A stretch of DNA of 64,000 nt from a virus (taxonomy: Duplodnaviria > Caudoviricetes): IMG/VR virus record IMGVR_UViG_3300037484_000296, positions 1 to 64,000 of that record; one strand, written 5' to 3'. Below the pieces are notes generated by a model. It saw only the letters and a program-made list of their open reading frames with translations, ran no database searches and was not told the DNA's origin. Position 1 is the stretch's first letter; the number at the start of each line of letters is the position of its first letter. Of this stretch, positions 9,169-17,683 are shown in pieces. The translations under genes and the position numbers were made by a program.

Positions 9169-11484
9169 ATGAGACCTATCAATAAGGCTTTCATTAAAGA
9201 GCTTCACCTTGGCAGCGAATCCGGTGCCGACACTACGGTGAAGATAAAGGAAAAAGATACGAGCGGGAAGATTACCCGCGCAACTTGTACAACCGTGCCA
9301 AGCACAACCGCCGGATATGCCGTGGGTTGCATTCTCATTCGCACGAGCACCGGTCATATCTACGTCAATACGGGATCGACAACGTCCTGCACGTTTGACG
9401 ATGTCGGCGCTATTGCAAGTTCTGAAATCGACGCCAACGCAATCACGCCGATAAAGATGGGCACTCGCACGGCGGTAGCTTTATCTGATGCGGACGCAAC
9501 CCCTACCATCGCGCAACTCATGACGAGTTCCGTTTTTGTGATTACCCCTACCGTTGCGAGGCTGTTTACCACTCCGACCGCCGCGCTTATGGTCGCGGGG
9601 ATTTCCGGTTGCACGATTGGAACGTGGTTTGATTTTACCATCATCAACCTTGCAGACCTTGACGTTACGTTAACGGCAGGGTCCAATGTAACGCTTTCCG
9701 GTCAGGCTGCGGTGGGAAAGGGTTCGGCAACGTTCCGGGCGGTCGTAACTGCCATTGCGGGAGATGGGGCAATAACAATTTACCGCATGAATGCCACATT
9801 GCTCAACACTGCCCAGACCATAGCGGGCGTAAAGTCTTTTACTTCCCCGATTGTTTATGACCATAACACCACGATTACGGCATTCTCGACGGGCGGGCAG
9901 GCTTCCGCTACGGCACTCACCGGAGAATTCAACAACATTACAACCGTGGCTGCGGATTACGATTCGGTAAAATTGCTTCCCGCCGTACTGGGGCAAAGTC
10001 AGACTGTCAAAAACAGTGGCACAAACATTCTGAGCGTTTTCCCTAATACCGACGACTCGATAAATGCGCTGGCTGCGAATTTATCGGTTGATATTCCGGT
10101 CGGTGGAGAAATGACGTTCCGGTCCATAAGCGCGACGGTTTATGAAACCAACGAGGTCCTTATCTCCCAAGCTCCGTCAACGCAAAAGGGAAGCCTCGTT
10201 GTTAAGGCGGCGGACAGCGCGGGGAATACCACAACGACTATTACAAATGCGAGCCAGACGGCAGCCAGGATTTACACAGTGCCCGATGCTGGGGCAGACG
10301 CGAATTTCATGATGGCTAAGGGATCTCAAACTGTTGATGGCGTAAACTCTTTCACTGCCCCCGTAGTCTACGATCATAACACTACCATCACAGCGTTTTC
10401 CACAGGCGGACAGGCGAGCGCCACTGCCCTGACGGGAGAGTACAACAACATCACCACAGTCGCCGCTGATTATGATTCAGTGAAGCTTTTGGCGGCAGTG
10501 CTTGGACAGGCGCAAACGGTTAAGAATAGCGGCACGAACATCCTCTCAGTGTTCCCGAATACGGATGATTCGATTAACGCATTAGCTGCGAACCTTTCCG
10601 TTGACATACCCGTAGGCGGGGAAATGACCTTTCGGGCAATTTCCGCGACAGTCTACGAAACGAATGAAGTGCTTGTTTCGCAGGCTCCGTCAACACAGAA
10701 AGGCAGCCTTTCGCTCAAGGCGGCTGATAACGCTGCAAACCATGCGGTCGTCATTACCAACGCCTCACATGGTCAAGCAACGGTTCACACCCATCCTGAT
10801 GGTGGCGCGGCTACGGACTATGTGGTTCACTCCACAGCGGCGCTTACATTAGTCGAGGCAGATTATCTTGACACTGCAAGCAGTGCGAATAGCGCAGCTT
10901 CCAAAGCCGTCATTATGGACGCCTCGAACCAGATCCGCACGGTGGCAGACATCGGGACCCCGGCAACGGGTGTGGCTGCTGTTGAGACTGGCTCCGGAAT
11001 ACACAAGACCGTCCTGACGCTCACGCTTACCGGCGACAATGACATAGACGTTGCTGATGGTGCGGATAAGACCAAGGGAACGAAGCTCTATGACTTCCCG
11101 GCAGGCTACATTCGCGTCCTAGGCGCGACATGCGATCTGTCCAACACTACGAATGCGGCCTACAATGCCAACGTGGCTGACCAGTATTTCATCGGCATCG
11201 GCACAGCGGATGGTACGCAAGCGGCAAACGCTGACCTGACAGGGACCGAGCAGGACATCATAGCCAAGACGACCCACGATACAGACAGCGGAGCAGGGGC
11301 CAACACGCAGTTGACGAACACGCTGAAAGCTGTAATGGCAGCGGATGCTGCATTTGACGGCACATCGACGGCAGTTGCGCTGTGGTTGAACATTGCCACG
11401 CCTGACGCCAATACCTCGGGACCGACGACCCATGCGGTAACGGGTACGGTGACGGTCATCTGGGCCAATCTGGGCGACTACTAA
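9169..11484 (+). CDS. large virion surface/fibre-like protein with internal duplication
   Basis: 771 aa, T/A/S-rich; two near-identical ~113-aa modules 513 bp apart. Confidence 0.7.
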   Translation: MRPINKAFIKELHLGSESGADTTVKIKEKDTSGKITRATCTTVPSTTAGYAVGCILIRTSTGHIYVNTGSTTSCTFDDVGAIASSEIDANAITPIKMGTRTAVALSDADATPTIAQLMTSSVFVITPTVARLFTTPTAALMVAGISGCTIGTWFDFTIINLADLDVTLTAGSNVTLSGQAAVGKGSATFRAVVTAIAGDGAITIYRMNATLLNTAQTIAGVKSFTSPIVYDHNTTITAFSTGGQASATALTGEFNNITTVAADYDSVKLLPAVLGQSQTVKNSGTNILSVFPNTDDSINALAANLSVDIPVGGEMTFRSISATVYETNEVLISQAPSTQKGSLVVKAADSAGNTTTTITNASQTAARIYTVPDAGADANFMMAKGSQTVDGVNSFTAPVVYDHNTTITAFSTGGQASATALTGEYNNITTVAADYDSVKLLAAVLGQAQTVKNSGTNILSVFPNTDDSINALAANLSVDIPVGGEMTFRAISATVYETNEVLVSQAPSTQKGSLSLKAADNAANHAVVITNASHGQATVHTHPDGGAATDYVVHSTAALTLVEADYLDTASSANSAASKAVIMDASNQIRTVADIGTPATGVAAVETGSGIHKTVLTLTLTGDNDIDVADGADKTKGTKLYDFPAGYIRVLGATCDLSNTTNAAYNANVADQYFIGIGTADGTQAANADLTGTEQDIIAKTTHDTDSGAGANTQLTNTLKAVMAADAAFDGTSTAVALWLNIATPDANTSGPTTHAVTGTVTVIWANLGDY

Positions 11485-11507
11485 AACAATTTAGCCTGAC
11501 TACCTTC

Positions 11508-11537
11508 AAGGCCGGTTTTCATTCCGGCCTTTCTCTT
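11508..11537 (+). terminator. intrinsic terminator
   Basis: AAGGCCGG-TTTTCATT-CCGGCCTT then pyrimidine run. Confidence 0.6.
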
Positions 11538-11565
11538 AAAATTCTGACACAAGAAAGGAAACATT

Positions 11566-12153
11566 ATGGCTAAGTGGCTGATTCAGAAATTCCCGCAGAA
11601 GGGCATTGGACGCATTTTTGCCTACACAAAGTCTTTGGCAGTCAGAAACGATATGGCTATCTTCGACGACGATCCTCCGAAGTCAATGGTCGTTCATCTC
11701 AATAACGGCCAGCCTGAAAAGGAGAAATTCAAGCCCGTGCCGTACAAGGTGAGCAGTGAATTTTCCAATCGAGGATCTTACGCCTGCCTGCCACCGGAAA
11801 CTCCATCGCTTCCCGGTTCCGCTTCAGCGGCTACCGCAGTGCTGACAGCCGTGCCGGAAGAGACAACCGAAACGGCCATGCCTGAAATTGCCATGCCCGA
11901 GACGGTATCCGACGAACCCGGCGGGGAAACGGCGCCGAACTTGATCCCGACATATACGCCTGAGCAGAAGATGGAAAAACTCGTGAAGGCAATCGGGTCG
12001 TTCAAGGCAGGAAGTGAAGAGCATTTCACCACTCAAGGGCTTCCAAGAGTGGACGCGCTCATTCTCGCACTGGACGGATGCGACGTGACGACTCCCGAGC
12101 GAGACAAAGCCTGGAAGTTGTTTAACGGAAAAGGCAGGGGCAAAGGTAAATAA
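11566..12153 (+). CDS. hypothetical morphogenesis-region protein
   Basis: AAAGGA RBS; low-complexity linker plus small C-terminal helical domain (FTTQGLPRVDAL...ERDKAW). Confidence 0.65.
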   Translation: MAKWLIQKFPQKGIGRIFAYTKSLAVRNDMAIFDDDPPKSMVVHLNNGQPEKEKFKPVPYKVSSEFSNRGSYACLPPETPSLPGSASAATAVLTAVPEETTETAMPEIAMPETVSDEPGGETAPNLIPTYTPEQKMEKLVKAIGSFKAGSEEHFTTQGLPRVDALILALDGCDVTTPERDKAWKLFNGKGRGKGK

Positions 12154-13118
12154 TGGACCTCCAAGGACTCGTAGACGCGGCCCGGCAAATACTGGACGAC
12201 GAGAAGGGTGACGACACAATCAAATCATGGAAGAACTCCGAACTGGTCCGGTACTCCAATAAAGCCGAACGAGAAATAGCGAGACAACTCGAACTCCTGA
12301 GAGATTCGGACACAATCGGATACGTCAACCTCTCCGGTACCGCAGGGCAGATATCAAGCATGTCCGTGTCGAGCGTTACCATTACGTCCGCAGCGGTCTC
12401 GTTTGCTACAAGCGCGGCTGTTACCGCAACCAACCTCGCCGCGAATATCAACGCCTATACGTCCGACCCTGATTACCGCGCTGTTGCACGTGGAACATTG
12501 GTGATTATCAAGGCCAACCCGCAATCAGGCGATTTTCCGACTTCGGGATACACGATTTCTGCGACCGCTTCAGGGGGGATGGCGGCAACGGTTACGAATT
12601 TGCCTGGACTCTGTAGGCACGTAGTTGCTATCGGACAACGCTACCTGTCTCACAACGAAAAGATTGTCAGGATCGTCCGGTTTAAGCCAAGCACTCAATC
12701 AAGGCCCGTGCGAGGTTATGAGCGGGACGATCTTGATGATTTGTTTCCGGGATGGGAGACATATGCGAACGACACGATTCTAAGGTTCTCGCCTGATTAT
12801 GACCAGAATGAAACCGTTGTAATTCCTCCTCCGAGCGCAATCGAATTGATTGAGCAGGAAGTGATTCGTCTTCCGCTTATTGACCTCACAGTTGCCAACA
12901 TGTCAGCTTCCCCGGAAATAGGAGTGAGACATCACGAAACGATTGTTGAAGGAATGTGCAGGGAGGCGTACAGGAAAAATGATGTGGAAACGTTAGACCT
13001 CTCTCGTTCCAATATGCACGAAAGCGAATTTAACCGGCTGATAGAAGAATGGAAGCGAGAGCACAATAAGCGGGGCAATGGTTTCCGGGCGAATCGTATG
13101 CCGGGCGGGGTGATGTAA
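12153..13118 (+). CDS. head-tail adaptor/tail tubular A-like protein
   Basis: N-terminal helices (LVDAARQILDD...W.NSELVRY.N.AEREIA) and C-terminal HHETIVEG...AY.KND.ET pattern. Confidence 0.65.
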   Translation: MDLQGLVDAARQILDDEKGDDTIKSWKNSELVRYSNKAEREIARQLELLRDSDTIGYVNLSGTAGQISSMSVSSVTITSAAVSFATSAAVTATNLAANINAYTSDPDYRAVARGTLVIIKANPQSGDFPTSGYTISATASGGMAATVTNLPGLCRHVVAIGQRYLSHNEKIVRIVRFKPSTQSRPVRGYERDDLDDLFPGWETYANDTILRFSPDYDQNETVVIPPPSAIELIEQEVIRLPLIDLTVANMSASPEIGVRHHETIVEGMCREAYRKNDVETLDLSRSNMHESEFNRLIEEWKREHNKRGNGFRANRMPGGVM

Positions 13119-13135
13119 AAGAAAGGGAAGGAAAA

Positions 13136-13378
13136 GTGAAAAAACAGCCTGACATTTACCTTGTTGATTGGGTTGATAGTTGCGGACGAGACGGATGGCT
13201 TCACGAAGATGAATGCAAGGCTGAAGTGTCCCGATGCCAAACTGTCGGATTCCTTGTGGAAGAAACAAAAGAGGCAATCGCGCTTGCGTTAAACAGAACG
13301 GCTACGGAAGGGCACAGACCATTCGGGGAAATTATTACAATACCCAAGTGCGCAATTCTTAAAAAAGTAAAGAAGTGA
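13136..13378 (+). CDS. hypothetical phage protein
   Basis: GTG start with RBS; VDWVDS...TVGFLVEET...IPK pattern. Confidence 0.6.
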   Translation: MKKQPDIYLVDWVDSCGRDGWLHEDECKAEVSRCQTVGFLVEETKEAIALALNRTATEGHRPFGEIITIPKCAILKKVKK

Positions 13379-13391
13379 AAGGAAAGAAGTA

Positions 13392-13742
13392 ATGGGATTT
13401 CTCTTTGTTGAATGCGATACGGACAAGATTTCTGACGGGGCACATTGTTTCGCGGATCTATACGAAATCCGCAATTTGCTTTTTATCGCACTGATGCGCA
13501 GATACCCGGAACGGTCGTATCGCTCTCTCCGGCATGACGATGGAAGTTGCAGGGAAGGGATGTTTATAGCCGGGCTCACGCTCCCCACGGGGAAGCAGGT
13601 AACGATGCACATGAAAGAAGAGCACTGGCCGCTTTTGCATGGGATTCCTACTCCTGACAAAGCCCCAAAATGGGACGGACACGGATTCAGGGATTCGATG
13701 AACAGGCTTGAAGCATGGTTGGAAACGGAGATTAAGGCTTAA
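13392..13742 (+). CDS. WDGH-motif hypothetical protein
   Basis: KAPKWDGH motif; RBS. Confidence 0.6.
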   Translation: MGFLFVECDTDKISDGAHCFADLYEIRNLLFIALMRRYPERSYRSLRHDDGSCREGMFIAGLTLPTGKQVTMHMKEEHWPLLHGIPTPDKAPKWDGHGFRDSMNRLEAWLETEIKA

Positions 13743-14642
13743 ATGGGCCTGAAGATCACAAAATTCGCAGGCAAGAAAGACTTCGGAGATAAGACCTCCA
13801 CGAAGCCCCCATACCTCCGGGAAATGGAGAACGTTGACCTCGACGATGAAGGTCAAACCATTTCCCGGCGCGATGGGTTCGGGGCTGAACTGATTTCGAG
13901 CACAGGGTATCACAGCCTTTGGCACAACGCGGCACAGACTCTTATGCTCGGGGTAAACGGTACGTCACTGGAACTGATCGACCCTTCCGTGCCGTCTACT
14001 ACGGTCATAAGAACAGGCTTAACCTCGGGCCTTCGCATGGATTACGCGGAGATAAACGAGCAGATTTATTACTCGAACGGTCAGGTTTTAGGGTTCGTTG
14101 ATTATCAGATGGATGGCACTTTCCCGACTGTCACCAAGTTCGGAAGCTCAAGTATGGTCCCCGGGCAACTCCTGGAATTCCTCGACGATCGGCTTTATAC
14201 GGCGCTCGGAGACAGGCTGGCCCATTCCGAATCCCTTGACTTCGGGCGGGCGGTTGCGAGAACGGAATTCCATGGGTTCCCTGGCACGATTACAATGCTC
14301 AAGTCCGTAGCGGACGGAATGTATTTGTCTTACGGAAACTCGACAGTGTTTTTAGTTGGCACCAAACCGGAGGAATTCGTAGTCAAGCCCGTAGCAGACT
14401 ATTCAGCGATACCTTACACAGCATTCAAATTCGACGCCTCGCTCGTTTCAAGCAATGTTCCCCTTCAGGGTGACGCCGTGTTCTGGCAGTCAACAGAAGG
14501 ACCGTGCATAGGGTTTCAGGGCGGGCAGATGCTTAATCTTGCGCTCACAAAGGTAGTTCCTCAAACAGGAATCACCGGGGCCAGCGTCTTACGGGAAAAT
14601 CGAAAGGGCTTCATGCAAGCCGTTTCAGTCATTCAGGAGTGA
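13743..14642 (+). CDS. tail tube/nozzle-like protein
   Basis: LREMENVDLDDEG.TISRRDGF motif typical of nozzle/stabilisation protein N-termini; position after adaptor. Confidence 0.55.
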   Translation: MGLKITKFAGKKDFGDKTSTKPPYLREMENVDLDDEGQTISRRDGFGAELISSTGYHSLWHNAAQTLMLGVNGTSLELIDPSVPSTTVIRTGLTSGLRMDYAEINEQIYYSNGQVLGFVDYQMDGTFPTVTKFGSSSMVPGQLLEFLDDRLYTALGDRLAHSESLDFGRAVARTEFHGFPGTITMLKSVADGMYLSYGNSTVFLVGTKPEEFVVKPVADYSAIPYTAFKFDASLVSSNVPLQGDAVFWQSTEGPCIGFQGGQMLNLALTKVVPQTGITGASVLRENRKGFMQAVSVIQE

Positions 14643-14649
14643 GATTGGG

Positions 14650-14823
14650 ATGGATTATAAAAAATTTTTTGATGAATTCGGACACCTAGAAGTTACGTTC
14701 GAATCTCCTTGTTATGAAATGGTGACGACTCAGGAATTCACCGTTGAACAATTCTATCAGGCAATATTAGCTCGATTGAAATCCGAAACCGAGATATTCG
14801 GGGATCGTATTACCGATAAGTAA
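14650..14823 (+). CDS. small AT-rich hypothetical protein (57 aa, not in ORF track)
   Basis: Hand-translated MDYKKFFDEFGHLEVTFESPCYEM...; fills intergenic gap. Confidence 0.45.
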   Translation: MDYKKFFDEFGHLEVTFESPCYEMVTTQEFTVEQFYQAILARLKSETEIFGDRITDK

Positions 14824-14841
14824 TTTCAGGAGGACCATGCC

Positions 14842-15696
14842 ATGGCACTTTCAGCTTCTACAGGACTACGGAATACCGCTCTTCACACTACTACGGTAAG
14901 AGACGTTTTTAACCGGGGATGCTCAAAACTCAAGATCTTTTCCGGCACGGCTCCGGTTGCTTCCGGGAGTTATGCGGCGGCGGACGCGGCAGAAACCGGG
15001 ACGCTTCTTTGCACGATCACGAATGCCGGGGCTTCAGTCAAGGCTGCGGAAAAGATACGTTTTACTCCGACTACGGCGGGAACGACCGGAACGTGGACGA
15101 TTACGGTCAACGGGGTAGCGTATGAATTTACCGACGACGCCTCTCCTACGGCTACTGAGATATGCACGGGATGGTATCGACTGATCAATACCGCTCAAGG
15201 AGCGGCGGCTAAGTATTTCACAAATTCAACCGATGGCGCGATTACGGCGGGCGGGCGGCTCAATATCCCGGGGACTTATCAGAAATATACCCTGACGGAC
15301 AACACCGGAACGCTGGATATCGCTTCAGCAACAGCGGGAGAAACCTTCGACTACTCGGCAACAGCTACGGGGGCGGGGAATTCCGTGGCGACCGCGAGTC
15401 AAGTATCGGATGCTTACGGACTTCACTTTGAAGCAGTTGCGGATATTGCTTCCGGCATCATCGAAAAACTCTCAACCGAAACATGGGAAGGGACAGTTTT
15501 ATTCGCAGGCACCGCTACTCATTACCGGCTCATTCTGGACGCGGACACCGGGGCGCTCTCCACAACTCAAAAACGCATACAGGGAACCGTGAGTACCGCG
15601 AACGCCGACCTCAACTTTGCGTCAGGCGTTAACTTTGCCGTGGACGATATCAAGCGCGTAAATAGTTTCTCCGTAACATGGCCCGCAGCGGCGTAA
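14842..15696 (+). CDS. virion structural protein
   Basis: AGGAGG RBS; MAL..STGLRN...LKIFSGT.P..ADAAETGTLL pattern. Confidence 0.65.
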   Translation: MALSASTGLRNTALHTTTVRDVFNRGCSKLKIFSGTAPVASGSYAAADAAETGTLLCTITNAGASVKAAEKIRFTPTTAGTTGTWTITVNGVAYEFTDDASPTATEICTGWYRLINTAQGAAAKYFTNSTDGAITAGGRLNIPGTYQKYTLTDNTGTLDIASATAGETFDYSATATGAGNSVATASQVSDAYGLHFEAVADIASGIIEKLSTETWEGTVLFAGTATHYRLILDADTGALSTTQKRIQGTVSTANADLNFASGVNFAVDDIKRVNSFSVTWPAAA

Positions 15697-15709
15697 GAAA
15701 GGATAGCCG

Positions 15710-17683
15710 GTGAAACTTGATCTTCAGGGCGACAAGAGGAAGGCTGGTTCGTGGATTCCATTTGCAGAATCCCGACTTGTCGCGCTCAAGGCAGAAATCA
15801 AAACCTGCAAGACAAAAGAGGCTCTTTCCAAAACGTTCCCGCTTAAAGACGTAGAGGTTTTCATTAAAGCAGGCGGCGGGCAGGAAGACGAAGTCAGGAT
15901 CAGGGGACGCGAGGGCGGAGTCCTGATTATTTGCTATGTCGGAGACAATACGCTCGGATACGAGAAAAAATATTATCAGCTATCCGGAAATGACATCGCG
16001 GAAATATCCGAAGGAGCGGTTTTGGGAAAAGGCTGGTCCATCAAAGACGATGGAGTGTATGGCAAGATTTGGGCGGGCGTGACTCAAGACGATCCCGCAG
16101 CTTATGCCTATACCTACACACCGCCCGGAAATGGTTTAGCTGTTCCTGAAGTTGACAGCGGAATAGCAACGAAGAGAGGCGGGGGCGGGGCAGTCAGAAT
16201 CTTGCTCGCTCAGGCCGTAGAAGACGAGTTGTACGAGGCGTTTCAGTTTTCATTTCCTGGGCCGGTCGTAAGATCAATGGTTGTTCCCGCTGATTCTCTT
16301 ACATTATCCCCCTATAAGCTCAGGGGAAGGCCTTCGCTGTGCAGGTACTCCGCTGGCGGAGTTATCACAATAAATCAGCGAGTGACCGTGGACGCGGGAA
16401 GCATTCTGCGTATTGACCAGTGGAACGGCGATAGATTTCTTGACCGCATTCCAATTGTTCATAGAATTTATCGCACAGCATACGATGGAACGAGAAGCTA
16501 TGCGACTATCAACTCTGACGCCGGGGGAGATTCAGCGGTAATAGCTTCCGTCAATTCCGGAACGGATCAGACGATTATCCGGGCGGAAACGGGCGTAGTT
16601 TCCGGAGATCAAATAGCAGAGCCGATAATTGAGGAAACATACAGCCTTGGCGATACTCCGGGGTTTCTTTCCGAAGGGACAAACTACCATCGTTGCTCAA
16701 ATTCCGCAAGCAATTCATGCGGGATGCTGGACGCGAATTACATCACCGGGAAGACTACTGACGGCTCCGGCTTCACGACAAATTCAGGCGAGAGCACGAT
16801 TGCCGACGATATTAAACTGATTCATGCGGTATCGGAAAACGGACTTACGTATGTACGCATGGAAAAGGATGCAGAGTTTACAGAGCATCAATGCGGGGTG
16901 TATGTAGCGGATCAATTGATAGGCGAATCCGGATGGCAACCGGTCATAACTCTTTACGGCGACGCGCCTCCGCTCGTTGCCGAAGAAAACGGACCCGCGC
17001 TTATTCGCCAGACGGCGTACAGGATTCTTCATGCGCACCATGATTCAAAATTCGATGCGGCTGTTTACCAGAAAATAACATACCTCGATAATTCAAACTC
17101 TCTCCTTTCGTATAAGTGGGAAAGGACTATCGGGGGATCGACAGTCTACGGGCAGTTCAGAAAAACATTGGTGCGCTGGAACGTAGAATACTTCGTAGTT
17201 GTAAACGGGGTAGTTCATGCGCTTCCCTATGAGTGCTTAATGCGCGAATACCGTCTTTCTGTTTTGTCCGAAGATTATGTCGGCGCACCGATTACGATTG
17301 TGAATAGCTATTACCAGACTTTTCCGTGGGTGGATGTCGGCTATGACGATACCGGGAACCCTACCGGGGAAGACAATAAACAAATTACCCGAATTTTCAC
17401 GAATGCCTCGGCAGGAAAGTTAATAGTTGGATACGACGTGTTTCCCGCAGCATGGAAGCACGATCTTTCCTATAACGCGGGAATTGGGGATTTGGGTGTC
17501 GATTTTAACGAAGGGATAATCACCTTTCCTCCTTCCGTGGACGATCATTATATTTCTCCTTCAAATAGGGAATGGAAATTATTCAAGACCGATGGAACGC
17601 TGCTTAGCGACCTGACTACCCCGCAAGATAACGCAGGGCTGGACGTAAAGCGCGTAAACGGCCTGTGCATGGTGAGCATGTAA
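15710..17683 (+). CDS. virion/tail protein
   Basis: 657-aa ORF in tail module. Confidence 0.6.
   Translation: MKLDLQGDKRKAGSWIPFAESRLVALKAEIKTCKTKEALSKTFPLKDVEVFIKAGGGQEDEVRIRGREGGVLIICYVGDNTLGYEKKYYQLSGNDIAEISEGAVLGKGWSIKDDGVYGKIWAGVTQDDPAAYAYTYTPPGNGLAVPEVDSGIATKRGGGGAVRILLAQAVEDELYEAFQFSFPGPVVRSMVVPADSLTLSPYKLRGRPSLCRYSAGGVITINQRVTVDAGSILRIDQWNGDRFLDRIPIVHRIYRTAYDGTRSYATINSDAGGDSAVIASVNSGTDQTIIRAETGVVSGDQIAEPIIEETYSLGDTPGFLSEGTNYHRCSNSASNSCGMLDANYITGKTTDGSGFTTNSGESTIADDIKLIHAVSENGLTYVRMEKDAEFTEHQCGVYVADQLIGESGWQPVITLYGDAPPLVAEENGPALIRQTAYRILHAHHDSKFDAAVYQKITYLDNSNSLLSYKWERTIGGSTVYGQFRKTLVRWNVEYFVVVNGVVHALPYECLMREYRLSVLSEDYVGAPITIVNSYYQTFPWVDVGYDDTGNPTGEDNKQITRIFTNASAGKLIVGYDVFPAAWKHDLSYNAGIGDLGVDFNEGIITFPPSVDDHYISPSNREWKLFKTDGTLLSDLTTPQDNAGLDVKRVNGLCMVSM

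Noticed and set aside
9859-10710. Diversity-generating retroelement TR/VR pair
   Set aside because: Differences are synonymous and not adenine-specific, both copies are in one ORF, and no reverse transcriptase is in the window
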